Assembly: GCA_964648105.1 (NCBI GenBank)
Contig: CAZYMH010000003.1
Location: 22,164-86,163, forward strand
Direction of reading: 5' to 3'
Length of the DNA stretch: 64,000 nucleotides
Source: an uncultured Candidatus Saccharibacteria bacterium
GTDB taxonomy: Bacteria > Patescibacteriota > Saccharimonadia > Saccharimonadales > 2-12-FULL-41-12
Positions 41,327 through 51,247 of the stretch are shown here, piece by piece. The notes below the pieces were generated by a model that saw only the letters and a program-made list of their open reading frames with translations, made no database searches and was not told the DNA's origin. A program made the position numbers and the translations under genes. Each line of letters starts with the position of its first letter. Positions within the stretch are counted from its first letter, which is position 1.

Positions 41327-41500
41327 CTACCAAATAACATTTTCTACAACATAAAACTTCTAAGCAATAAATTGAAACCTTTTTTGATTTTGTGTTAATA
41401 TATATTCACAGTAATACATAAATCTGGTCTAATATTGACAAGAGTGGGGGACCATAAAAAGGTATTTTAACAGATTAATTAATAATATAAAAAAATAATG

Positions 41501-41529
41501 TTGACTATAAATGTTTTTTATTTTAAAAT
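41501..41529 (+). promoter_or_regulatory. sigma-70-type promoter (TTGACT-17-TAAAAT)
   Basis: -35 TTGACT at 41501, 17-nt spacer, -10 TAAAAT at 41524; RBS AGAGAGGT before the ATG at 41560. Confidence 0.4.
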
Positions 41530-41559
41530 ATAAATAATATATTATCAAGAGAGGTAAAA

Positions 41560-42594
41560 ATGACCCAAACAGAATTAGAAAACCTGACAAAATCTATACT
41601 CGAAACTATCGATCGTGAACGTGAAAGAGAAATCGTTTCTCGGAGATATGGTCTTTATGATCGCAAAGAGACCCTTGAGCAAATCGGGGAGCTTTTGGGC
41701 ATCACTCGAGAAAGAGTCAGGCAGCTCGAAAAAGCAACTATGACTCAGCTCAGGCATATGGCCGAAACAGGTGAATTACCTCAGTTAAATAAAGTCCAAA
41801 AAACAATTTTTGACCAATTGAACAAAATGGGTGAGGCTAGTCGGATTGCTGTCTTATCGGAAGCTTTAAGCGGTTCAACCCCCACCAAAATTGATCAGAG
41901 TCGTTTGAGTTTTATTGTTGAATTATGTCCAGATCTTACTCTAATCACCGAAGATGATAACTTCTTTCAATCAGCTGTAGTTACCAAAACTCATGATCAA
42001 AAACTGTTTAACAAACGGGTTAACGGCTTTGTGGAAGCCTTGAAAAAAGTCGGCGAGCCAGTCGCTATTGAAGAACTAGCAAAAGAAGCAAAACACACAG
42101 GTAGCACCGAAAATGCCCAAGGATTAGCTTCAACTTCTAAGAAGTTAGCGACACTCCACGATAAATGGGGTTTAATCAAGTGGCCAACTGTAAACCCAAA
42201 AAACATTCGCGATAAAATATATGTAATTTTGCAGCAAAATGGCAAGCACATGCATTTCTCAGAAATTGCAAAAGCTATCAAAGATTCTGAGTTCAAACGA
42301 AAAAACGTCACCACTCAAGCTATTCATAACGAACTAATCAAAGATAAACGATTTATTTTAATCGGTCGAGGAATTTATGCTCTAAAAGAGTGGGGCTATA
42401 AGAAGGGAACAGTCGCCGATATTATTTCCGAAATCTTAAAGCAGTCAAAAGAACCTCTTCACCGCGATGAAATCGTTAAACGAGTACTAAAAAGCCGCTA
42501 CGTCAAAGAAACTACCATCCTTCTAAATTTACAGGGCAAAAAGCAGTTTAAACGAGTTGCCAAAGCCACTTATACACTCGATAACAGCAAATAA
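41560..42594 (+). CDS. sigma-70 region-4 HTH + HARE-HTH domain protein
   Basis: N-terminus ETLEQIGELLGITRERVRQLEKA is a sigma70_r4-type HTH; C-terminal half (HFSEIAKAIKDSEF ... GRGIYALKEWGY) matches the HARE-HTH signature. Confidence 0.45.
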   Translation: MTQTELENLTKSILETIDREREREIVSRRYGLYDRKETLEQIGELLGITRERVRQLEKATMTQLRHMAETGELPQLNKVQKTIFDQLNKMGEASRIAVLSEALSGSTPTKIDQSRLSFIVELCPDLTLITEDDNFFQSAVVTKTHDQKLFNKRVNGFVEALKKVGEPVAIEELAKEAKHTGSTENAQGLASTSKKLATLHDKWGLIKWPTVNPKNIRDKIYVILQQNGKHMHFSEIAKAIKDSEFKRKNVTTQAIHNELIKDKRFILIGRGIYALKEWGYKKGTVADIISEILKQSKEPLHRDEIVKRVLKSRYVKETTILLNLQGKKQFKRVAKATYTLDNSK

Positions 42595-42644
42595 TAATCA
42601 TTTTAGCTGTGATAAGCTAAGATCCAAAGCATTTTGGTAAAAAT

Positions 42645-43001
42645 ATGATAATCGACCCCAACAGATTCTCGCAAAATCCTTCAGACTTAGAGTTTTTACG
42701 ATCAAGTAGATGGGTTGGTAAAAATGATTCAAAATTTTTCAGTCCGATTTGGCGGCCGACAAATCAACATGAGCTGCTCGGCCATGTCATTATTGCTCAT
42801 GTATTTATATCTGATAAAGCTCTTAATCACTTAGAGTTTTATAGTCAAGATCAATCAAAGCCAAATATGAGAATTTTTGCTAATTTACATCTGATAAACA
42901 ATATAATCAGCCAAGAAATTATCCCGACTATATACCACTTATCCACTGAGGAAAGTATTAGTAAAGAATTTGAAGAACAGGCTAATAATCAACCTTACTG
43001 A
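42645..43001 (+). CDS. hypothetical protein
   Basis: 118-aa ORF, no motif. Confidence 0.3.
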   Translation: MIIDPNRFSQNPSDLEFLRSSRWVGKNDSKFFSPIWRPTNQHELLGHVIIAHVFISDKALNHLEFYSQDQSKPNMRIFANLHLINNIISQEIIPTIYHLSTEESISKEFEEQANNQPY

Positions 43002-43682
43002 TCTTGTCAGACTAATAAAAAACCGAACAAATAACGAACTAAGCACGTATTAAATAACGAACAATAAACAAACAGTCAACTAAGATAGTTAATACAAAAT
43101 TTGATGACATAGGAATAATAAATATTAATTAATAAAGCAGTAGGCGAATAATAAAAAATATAAATCTTAAATAGAAAAAATATTTTTAAACCAGCAGGCG
43201 AGCATAAGTGAATGACCAAATGGCTATATCAACTTGACGTCGCACAATGTATATTTTGCGACTCTATATTAAATAAATAAGATGATTGTCTATATGCCTC
43301 TTCTAACAGGGGACTTCCACCGTACAGTACATAAAAAGCTGAAACTATAAATCTTCCGCTAACGATTATACCTACATTTTAAAGCTTATTAACTTACTTA
43401 TACGGTTCTCGTGAGCAACATCTAATCTCAATAGTTATACACAGCCTTTAATTAAATGCATAGTGTTTGCTTTTTTGTTAGAACCATATTATTATTTGCT
43501 TTTTTGGATATTTTAGGCTGTAAATATTTTTTTTGGCTTTTCCCCTTTTTTACTTCAAATAGTTATTTTTTTGCTTTTTCCCTACTTTTACAATATAGTA
43601 TAGTTTTTTTGAGAAATACATTGAGTTTTATAATACGAACATTTTACGAACAAGGGAGCAGTGAAGAAGAGAGGTTGGACGT

Positions 43683-44612
43683 TTATTTCACGTATGCACG
43701 CTCGGCTACCCTAACGTCGATGTATTCGGATGGCAATGCTTTTTCTGCTTCGAGCTGTTGTTTGGTAGCTATAAATGCCCCTGCACTGCGACGAGCATCT
43801 TCATAAAAATTATATTTAACGTAATAGCTTAGCCCACCGTACTTAACATTGATTTGACTGCCTCCTTCGGCAAGTGTGATTGACTCCGTTTTGATGCCAG
43901 ATTTTTCAGTTTGATAAATAATCTCTCTTATATATTTAACCTGTTCTTGACTAAGTGCAGGCTTGCCGACCTCTAGTCTAACTGCAGTTTGATCTTGTAC
44001 TAAAGGTAAATTTAGTTGTGAAATCGCTTGATCTTTATTGGTGGTTATATCACTCAATATCAGTCCGTTATCGGCGACTAGGTACAGTTTACTGCCATCG
44101 GTGATTACCAAACTTGGTTGGTTAAGTGTGACATTAAGAAACACTTTATTCGAAAAAATTTTCGTTCTAACATCGACATTCGACACATAATTATTTCGGT
44201 TTTTTATGTATGATTCTAGACCTTTGCGTTTGAGCGTAAGTTTTGATTTATTAAAAATACTGCTGTTTAGATAGTCGAGTGAGTCTGACTCAATCTGATT
44301 AAGTGATAGTTTAACACCACTGTTTTGGACATTCACCTTATCGGTTCTTAAATAACTCAAATAACCACATAGCATTAGGCATGCCAAAATGATTAAAATA
44401 TGCTTGGACCGATTTATGATATTAGCAGATTTTGAATCATCCTTAGGGTTGATTTGATCGTTATTATATTCGGTTTGGCGACGTCCTACATTGCGTTCCA
44501 TATCTGACCGCACAGAACTATAATGATATGCTCTTTGCTTATTGTAGGAGTTATTAGGTCGACGAATCGTCTCGTTACTATCCTTTTTGGTTAAAATTTT
44601 TTTGAACTTCAT
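43683..44612 (-). CDS. ftsQ: cell division protein FtsQ/DivIB-like
   Basis: single TM (HILIILACLMLCGYLSYL) then POTRA-like region; lies after murG in the dcw block. Confidence 0.55.
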   Translation of the reverse strand: MKFKKILTKKDSNETIRRPNNSYNKQRAYHYSSVRSDMERNVGRRQTEYNNDQINPKDDSKSANIINRSKHILIILACLMLCGYLSYLRTDKVNVQNSGVKLSLNQIESDSLDYLNSSIFNKSKLTLKRKGLESYIKNRNNYVSNVDVRTKIFSNKVFLNVTLNQPSLVITDGSKLYLVADNGLILSDITTNKDQAISQLNLPLVQDQTAVRLEVGKPALSQEQVKYIREIIYQTEKSGIKTESITLAEGGSQINVKYGGLSYYVKYNFYEDARRSAGAFIATKQQLEAEKALPSEYIDVRVAERAYVK

Positions 44613-44624
44613 TGGTAAAATCGC

Positions 44625-45779
44625 TTATTTATTTTTTCCGCCTAACAATACTTTGGCAAGATTTTCAGCTGCATCCTTGGGGGTTGTTGTGGCTAAATTT
44701 TTGGCTAATTGATTAGCCTTAGTCTGATTATCAAGCAAATCAATTATTTTATTTTGTAAATAACCAATACCTTTATCTTTTATCTGAGATTCCTGTACGA
44801 CTTCGCAGGCTTCGATTTGTTTGTAATACTCCGCATTTTTGATCTGATGGCCACCAGCTAAGTCTGGACTAGGAATCAGTAGAACAGTTTTTTGTTGATA
44901 AGCCAGTTCGGCCATAGCGGTCGCCCCTGCCCTAGCTATGACAAGATCAGCCATAGCGGTGTATTCAAATAATTCTGATGTAAATTCTACTACAGTTAAG
45001 TATTTGCTCTCCACTGCTATTTCGCGGAATTTTTGAGCTTTGTTTTGGCCAGTAATACAGATTATGTGAACATTAGCCTTGTTTATTAACTCTTGAGTAA
45101 GCATGGCTATATAGTTATTGAGTCTTTCTGCCCCAAGACTGCCACCAATCAGTAAAATTACGCGACGACTTGGTTCGATCGAGTATTTTTCTTTCAAAAA
45201 TCTAATTTCATCACTAGAGTATTTACGGTATAAATTGTTAATTGGCACACCCGTGTAAATCATTTTATTTTCAGGATAATCATAAAAAGTTGTCGGCATA
45301 CCCGTAGCATGAACATCGGCATAGCGACTAGATAATCGATTGGCCAGTCCTGGCACAGTATCGGAGTCATGTGTGACAATAAATGCACCTGATTTACTGG
45401 CTCCAAAGCCCGCTGGTACGCAGACATATCCCCCCTTTAAAAGCACGCTGCTCGGTTTGATTTTTTTGAATAAAAAGTAGCTCTCTATCATTCCAATCAC
45501 CAATCGAAAAATATCTCGTAAATTCAGCCACATGGTCTTAAGGTCGGTGAGTTTAGTCAATAACGACTCACCATGATAACGACGGTATTTGCCTGCCGAT
45601 AGATAATAATATTGATCGAACAATTTACTTTCGGTGGCGAGATGACTAAATTTTCCGTGCTTTTCACCAATATATATCAACTGTGTGTCAGGAGATAATT
45701 GGCGAATTTTACTAGCGACTCCGAGTAGAGGAATAATATGGCCGCCCGACCCCCCGCCGCACAGTGCGATTTTTTTCAT
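44625..45779 (-). CDS. murG: undecaprenyldiphospho-muramoylpentapeptide beta-N-acetylglucosaminyltransferase
   Basis: MKKIALCGGGSGGHIIPLL start and GT-B C-domain. Confidence 0.9.
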   Translation of the reverse strand: MKKIALCGGGSGGHIIPLLGVASKIRQLSPDTQLIYIGEKHGKFSHLATESKLFDQYYYLSAGKYRRYHGESLLTKLTDLKTMWLNLRDIFRLVIGMIESYFLFKKIKPSSVLLKGGYVCVPAGFGASKSGAFIVTHDSDTVPGLANRLSSRYADVHATGMPTTFYDYPENKMIYTGVPINNLYRKYSSDEIRFLKEKYSIEPSRRVILLIGGSLGAERLNNYIAMLTQELINKANVHIICITGQNKAQKFREIAVESKYLTVVEFTSELFEYTAMADLVIARAGATAMAELAYQQKTVLLIPSPDLAGGHQIKNAEYYKQIEACEVVQESQIKDKGIGYLQNKIIDLLDNQTKANQLAKNLATTTPKDAAENLAKVLLGGKNK

Positions 45780-46986
45780 TCAGATTATCTCCTTTATTTG
45801 TATTGACGCTTCTAACTGATTCAAAATTAGTATAGCGAGAAATATGAAACACCACACCAAGTGCTGCCATAATAAATAGTATACTAGTTCCTCCATAGCT
45901 TATAAACGGTAATGTAATACCTTTTAAAGGTAATATGCCAATCATCGCCCCAACATTGATAATTGTTTGAGTACTTAACCACGCTAGAAAACCAACTACA
46001 AACAATCGGCTGTAAAAGTCCGATGTTCTCTCGATAATTCTTCTTAGGCGAGCAAAAAATACCAGATAGATTCCCAAAACAATTGCCGACCCGATAAAGC
46101 CGAACTTTTCCGCAAAAATTGCAAAAATTGAGTCATTAGCTGCCTCTGGAAGATAACCATAGGCTTGAACACTATTACCAAGTCCTTTACCTGCTAATCC
46201 GCCACTACCTACCGCAATTAATGCCTGACAAGCCTGATAACCGCTGGCTTGACAGTCAGCAGTCGGATTAAGAAACGTGCTTATACGTTGCCGTCGATAT
46301 GGAGTTGAACTAACAGCCAAAATTGTACCAATTGAGATAACTGCTAAAATAATACCGATTTTTTTGAGTGGCAAACCAGCAATAAACGACATTACAGCCA
46401 TAATTGCCATCATTACGCCAGTTGAGCCTAAATCACTCTCAATCATCGCTACAACCACTCCTAAAATGCCAAGAACGATTAAAAGCGGTCGAAAGGTTTT
46501 ATTAAAGTCGTCGATTTCATTATTTTTGTGCCTAGCGACCATAAAATCAGCTAGCCACACAATTAAGGTCAATTTAACGAGTTCTGCCACCTGAAACGAC
46601 AAGCCAGCAACTTGAATCCATCGACTTTTACCATCTGATAGCACTTCTACGACAATCACCGAAATAACCGACATGACTACCAAAACATTTTTAAGTTTTT
46701 TCAGAATATCGTGTGACAAAATGCTGAATACGATGAATGCAACTAGTCCTAAGCCGATTGAAATCATTTGTTTTATGACAAAATAATTTTGGTTAACATT
46801 TTTGGTGATAGCTAGTCCTGGGCTTATCGCATAAACGACAATCAGGCCAATAACACACAAAATCAAGGCCAAAATCAGCAGCAAATAATCAGGCTTATGC
46901 CGCCGCGAAAATTTGTCATTACTCAGAGACGAGCTAGAATATCGTCGACTAGGCTGAACTAAACTCTGTCTATTATATTCTGACAT
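45712..46986 (-). CDS. ftsW: SEDS-family peptidoglycan glycosyltransferase FtsW
   Basis: 10-TM SEDS pattern with conserved segments; sits in the dcw block. Confidence 0.85.
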   Translation of the reverse strand: MSEYNRQSLVQPSRRYSSSSLSNDKFSRRHKPDYLLLILALILCVIGLIVVYAISPGLAITKNVNQNYFVIKQMISIGLGLVAFIVFSILSHDILKKLKNVLVVMSVISVIVVEVLSDGKSRWIQVAGLSFQVAELVKLTLIVWLADFMVARHKNNEIDDFNKTFRPLLIVLGILGVVVAMIESDLGSTGVMMAIMAVMSFIAGLPLKKIGIILAVISIGTILAVSSTPYRRQRISTFLNPTADCQASGYQACQALIAVGSGGLAGKGLGNSVQAYGYLPEAANDSIFAIFAEKFGFIGSAIVLGIYLVFFARLRRIIERTSDFYSRLFVVGFLAWLSTQTIINVGAMIGILPLKGITLPFISYGGTSILFIMAALGVVFHISRYTNFESVRSVNTNKGDNLNEKNRTVRRGVGRPYYSSTRSR

Positions 46987-47008
46987 TTTTTATAATTTCC
47001 TGTTTATT

Positions 47009-48688
47009 TTAGTTGGTTTTGCTAACCGCATAATTTCCGATTAGCATATCTGTTATTTTGCCGAAAAGTGGTGCTGCAGCCGACCTACCTGCATATCCGC
47101 CAATTTTTGGTTCCATAATTGTCACCATAATAACATATTCTGGTTCATTACCGCCGACGTAACCAACGAAAGTTCCATTAAATCTATCGTTGTAATAGCC
47201 GCCTTCTTTTTTAGAAATTTCAGCGGTTCCTGTTTTGCCACCGATTTTGTAGCCATCTTTTTTGAGGAATGTGTAATTTTTGGCAACTGAATTTTCATGC
47301 ATCCCGCGTAAAATCTTCGATAATTCGGGCTTAATAACATCTTTTTTGACAATATCCTTCGAGTTATCGGCTGACTCGACTAAATGAGGACGGTAATAAA
47401 TTCCACCATTTATAGTTGATGAATAAGCGGCCAACATTTGCATCGGTGTTATATTAAGCCCTTGACCGAAAGTAGTGTTGGCGTAAGTGATATCTAACCC
47501 ATCACCGTCGGTAGGTTCAGGGACGTATCCTTCAGCCTCGTAGCCTTGTTCAATACCCGTTTTTTTGCCAAACATGTAATGATTGACCATATAGTCGTGC
47601 CAGGTTGTGCGAGCTTTGTCATTGATCTTGCCCCCGCCCATTTGCATCAAAATATATGTGGCACCTGTGTTGAGCGAATAACGAAGAATATCGGCAGTTG
47701 AACGTGTGGCTGCCCCACCATCTTCTTCGACATTTCTTACTACTGAGTCGCCGATTTTGAAAAAACTAGGATCATAATAAGTTGTGTTTTCGTTAATCGC
47801 CCCACTATCCATACCTGCAGCGACTGTTAAGGTCTTCATGACCGAACCAACCTCCAGCGGGGTTGCTACAGCCGAATTATTAAATAAGCTGGCGTCTTCA
47901 ACTTTATAGAATTCACTGGGATTATATGTTGGATAATTGGCCATGGCCTTAATTTCGCCTGTTTTAGGATCCATAATAATTGCACTTCCCTTGTCTGAGC
48001 GAACTTCTTTCAGATGATTAGTTAGCATGTCTTCAAGCCGCTTTTGCATGGATATATCAATCGTCATGGTTATTCGTTCGCCGTTCACTGCATCACGCTG
48101 AATATTATCCTTATTAGCAGCCAATGGTACACCTTGGGCATCGGTAATAGCTTTTAACTCACCAGCTTGGCCTTTAAGTTTTTGATCTAAAGATTGCTCT
48201 AAGCCGTACTTCCCTTCACCCTCATCATTGACAAAGCCTAGTAACTGAGCCGCCATGCTCCCCTGAGGATAGACCCGTTGTGACACTGCTTGCAGGCCAA
48301 TACCTTTTAATTTCAAATCTTCAATTTTTTTGGCTTTATCGGCTGATAATTTCTTAACCAAAACAGAATACCGCGTATCGGCTTTCATTTTGTTGATGTT
48401 GTTCTGGTAATCACCACCGATATATTGTTGAATTTTTGATAATGTTTCGTCAGGATTTTTGATATATTTTGGATCGGCGTACACGGTATAAACTTGCTCA
48501 TTCAACACAATTGGCACAGCATTTTTGCCATCTTTTGCCATAATCACTCCCCGCTCTGCAGGAATTTCATATTGTTTCAATTGGCCTTTTTGGGCTGATT
48601 TGACATAGTAATCGTGCCTTATCACTTGTAAATAAAAAAGTCGGACCAAAAAAATCGCAAATACCACAACCAAAAAACCATACCACAA
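47009..48688 (-). CDS. ftsI: penicillin-binding protein 2/3 (transpeptidase FtsI)
   Basis: N-terminal anchor and dimerisation domain, transpeptidase motifs SVMK (SxxK), SxN, KTG(T). Confidence 0.85.
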   Translation of the reverse strand: MWYGFLVVVFAIFLVRLFYLQVIRHDYYVKSAQKGQLKQYEIPAERGVIMAKDGKNAVPIVLNEQVYTVYADPKYIKNPDETLSKIQQYIGGDYQNNINKMKADTRYSVLVKKLSADKAKKIEDLKLKGIGLQAVSQRVYPQGSMAAQLLGFVNDEGEGKYGLEQSLDQKLKGQAGELKAITDAQGVPLAANKDNIQRDAVNGERITMTIDISMQKRLEDMLTNHLKEVRSDKGSAIIMDPKTGEIKAMANYPTYNPSEFYKVEDASLFNNSAVATPLEVGSVMKTLTVAAGMDSGAINENTTYYDPSFFKIGDSVVRNVEEDGGAATRSTADILRYSLNTGATYILMQMGGGKINDKARTTWHDYMVNHYMFGKKTGIEQGYEAEGYVPEPTDGDGLDITYANTTFGQGLNITPMQMLAAYSSTINGGIYYRPHLVESADNSKDIVKKDVIKPELSKILRGMHENSVAKNYTFLKKDGYKIGGKTGTAEISKKEGGYYNDRFNGTFVGYVGGNEPEYVIMVTIMEPKIGGYAGRSAAAPLFGKITDMLIGNYAVSKTN

Positions 48689-48776
48689 CTTAATACGTGA
48701 GGCATGTATACGAACATTTGATTGTTGGGAATTTGGATTTATTTCGTCCTACCTTTCTAGCAATTATCATTGCTGG

Positions 48777-49121
48777 CTAACGAATTGTTGCTGATGGTGC
48801 TACTGAGACTAAGTTTTTGTTAGCATCACTACCTGCTACGCGGTCTAATGATTGCATTCGGGCAGCTGTCAATTCTAGTTCTTCATGTTGCTTTTCGAGT
48901 TGCGAATGTTGCTTTTGAAGACTATCAATTTTATAACCGTTGGCGTTTGTTTTTGTAACTTGAGTAAGGTACAAAAGTCCCAAAAGACAACTTAGTACCA
49001 CCAAAATAATTGCATTGCTAACAGGACCCAAACTTTTTGCTTGCTCCCGAAAACTGACAGCATTTTGATGTCTAACCGCAAATTTTTTTCTGCTCATAGC
49101 GAGCGAACTGGAGTATGTCAT
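48777..49121 (-). CDS. ftsL: FtsL-like division protein
   Basis: short bitopic protein with a coiled-coil ectodomain between rsmH and ftsI; start trimmed to Met at 49121 so that it clears the upstream palindrome. Confidence 0.45.
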   Translation of the reverse strand: MTYSSSLAMSRKKFAVRHQNAVSFREQAKSLGPVSNAIILVVLSCLLGLLYLTQVTKTNANGYKIDSLQKQHSQLEKQHEELELTAARMQSLDRVAGSDANKNLVSVAPSATIR

Positions 49122-49154
49122 AATTTTATCTTTGTTTTTGTTTTTTATTTTTGC

Positions 49155-49201
49155 TCCCGCCCTAGTTAATGCCCCTTCTTTTTGCATTAACTAGGGCGGG
49201 A
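49155..49201. repeat. 17-bp perfect inverted repeat (hairpin, 13-nt loop)
   Basis: TCCCGCCCTAGTTAATG ... CATTAACTAGGGCGGGA read directly; GC-rich against the local background. Confidence 0.6.
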
Positions 49202-49302
49202 TCGATGTTTACACTATTAAAGTACTTTTACTTTAACTTTGTAAGCTCGGGAGTTGCTTCTTACCTGAATTGGCATGGTGCTTCCCCCTTTCTTTTTTGT
49301 TT

Positions 49303-50175
49303 TTATTTTCGCTGCGTTACTCGGAGTTTAGCACTTCGAGAACGCGGATTATTAACTAATTCATCTTTACCAGGCACAATTGGATTTTTGGTCAAATTTT
49401 TCAATTCGGCATCATAGTTTGGACCACTGTGATTATTGAAATAATTTTTAACAATTCGATCTTCTAGACTATGAAAAGTTATGATTGCTAATTTACCTTC
49501 GTGATTCAGTAATTTATGCATGATTGGCAAACTTTTCTCTAACTGTCCAAGCTCGTTGTTGACTTCTATACGTAAAGCTTGAAAGACTTGAGCCAAAATA
49601 CGATAACGAACTTTATATTGTCCTGGTATGACCTTGGCAAGATCATTTGTAGAATGGTATGGTCGATTTTCGATTATTCGCTTGGCCAAAAACTGACTAT
49701 TTTTTAGCTCACCGTATTTAAAAAGCACATTACTTAGGTCTACTGCATCGTAATGATTTACGACATCTTGAGCAGTCTGACCACGTGTTCTATCCATACG
49801 CATATCGAGTGGACCATCATTCATAAATGAAAAACCACGATCTGGGTTGTCAAGGTGCGGTGACGAAACTCCAATATCTGCCAAAATATAATCAAATTGC
49901 CTGTTTTTGCTTGCTAATGTAGCTGCAGCCGAGTAATAATCACTGTTAATAATCTCGACCCGACTATCTAAAGCAAATTTTTGCTTGAGATAATCAATCG
50001 AATTAATGTCGCGATCAACCAATGTTGCCTGGCCACTTTTGTTAAGTCGCTTAAGCACCAAACTAGCATGCCCACCGTAACCAGCTGTTAAGTCTAAGTA
50101 ACTTTTACCTTTTACGGGGTCTAGTATACTTATAACTTCATTGGCTAAAACTGGAATATGAATTATTTTTTGCAT
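49303..50175 (-). CDS. rsmH: 16S rRNA (cytosine1402-N4)-methyltransferase RsmH (MraW)
   Basis: HIPVL start, SAM-binding DLTAGYGGHA, DIGVSS motif. Confidence 0.9.
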   Translation of the reverse strand: MQKIIHIPVLANEVISILDPVKGKSYLDLTAGYGGHASLVLKRLNKSGQATLVDRDINSIDYLKQKFALDSRVEIINSDYYSAAATLASKNRQFDYILADIGVSSPHLDNPDRGFSFMNDGPLDMRMDRTRGQTAQDVVNHYDAVDLSNVLFKYGELKNSQFLAKRIIENRPYHSTNDLAKVIPGQYKVRYRILAQVFQALRIEVNNELGQLEKSLPIMHKLLNHEGKLAIITFHSLEDRIVKNYFNNHSGPNYDAELKNLTKNPIVPGKDELVNNPRSRSAKLRVTQRK

Positions 50176-50544
50176 CTATCAAAGTATTATAAACTTTTTT
50201 GTTTTTGTTTTTAAATGTAGTTTACAAGGTCACCTACTTAGCAGCCAATTATTTGTTTTTTTGATGTTTTTGTTTTTGTTTATCTTTGACTAATAATTGC
50301 TTTTCTTTAGATTCTAGAAAACCTAACGATGTTTATAAGCAATTAATTTTTAGCAAAGAATTTTTAAGTTTTAGAGACTTATGTGTGAGGTGGAGTTTTG
50401 GGAGGTGTTTTTTTAGGGAATGTACTAGGGTTTTATCTTGTGGTTGGCCCTATATTTCCACATATTGACTGCCAAGTAGCTGACCTTGTGATAGCTTTTA
50501 CCTTGATACCTGATTTTTAATGTGCATTTTTTATAAAACAAGTC

Positions 50545-50919
50545 CTACATATCGGTATTTTCCTTTGCAATTACTCGCCAGTACTGACCAACTCCAACAA
50601 CTACAACGTCTCGGCTTATGCCTGCGTATTCGAGTTGGTGAGCTTCAAGGGTGATTCTTCCCTGTTTTTCATCGAGCTTAGCTTCAACCTTTCCCATCCT
50701 AAACTTTACGTTAAGGTCGGCAATTTCTTCACTCAATATATCGCCAGCTAAACGAGGTTCAACTTGCAAATCCCAAATTTCTTTTGGATAGATGTGCAAG
50801 TATTTACCAAAGCCACGGGTAATAACTATTCCATCAGAAAACTTGCCTCGAAGCTCAGTCGGTATAGTTAACCGCCGCTTGTCGTCTAGTTTCCTCTCAA
50901 AATAGTCTATTATGGCCAC
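50545..50919 (-). CDS. mraZ: transcriptional regulator MraZ
   Basis: tandem MraZ repeats with DDKRRLTIP-type motif; 124 aa. Confidence 0.85.
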   Translation of the reverse strand: MAIIDYFERKLDDKRRLTIPTELRGKFSDGIVITRGFGKYLHIYPKEIWDLQVEPRLAGDILSEEIADLNVKFRMGKVEAKLDEKQGRITLEAHQLEYAGISRDVVVVGVGQYWRVIAKENTDM

Positions 50920-51059
50920 GAATTGCTCTTACTTGTTTTATTTAATTTACTAGTGGTTTTTATTTTTGCTGCCTGGTAAGCTTTTTTGCCTTACCACGCT
51001 TACCCACTACCAAGAGTTTACTACCCACCATGTCCCACATTCAAGTCTATTTTGATAGT

Positions 51060-51132
51060 TTCCCCACAAAATCTTAAAAGTTATCCACAATTTAGGTTAT
51101 GGCTCTACATATAGCGTAAAAAGTTATCCACA
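51060..51132 (+). promoter_or_regulatory. two perfect DnaA-box consensus 9-mers (TTATCCACA) as a 14-nt direct repeat, plus a degenerate box
   Basis: AAAAGTTATCCACA at 51077-51090 and 51119-51132 (boxes at 51081-51089 and 51124-51132); TTCCCCACA at 51060-51068; region lies between mraZ and the divergent downstream gene. Confidence 0.4.
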
Positions 51133-51247
51133 GGACGCTATAGGTACATGTTTGTATTTAAACAGCCAAAAAAGTGTTCTGGCTAACAGTTTTATTAATC
51201 AAAAGCTATAATAATCAAATATAAATACTCTAAAACAAGGAATATGA

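Noticed and set aside
43456-43806. 116-aa + strand ORF in the AT-rich region overlapping the ftsQ 3' end
   Set aside because: Phe/Leu-rich translation of T-tract DNA that overlaps ftsQ; spurious.
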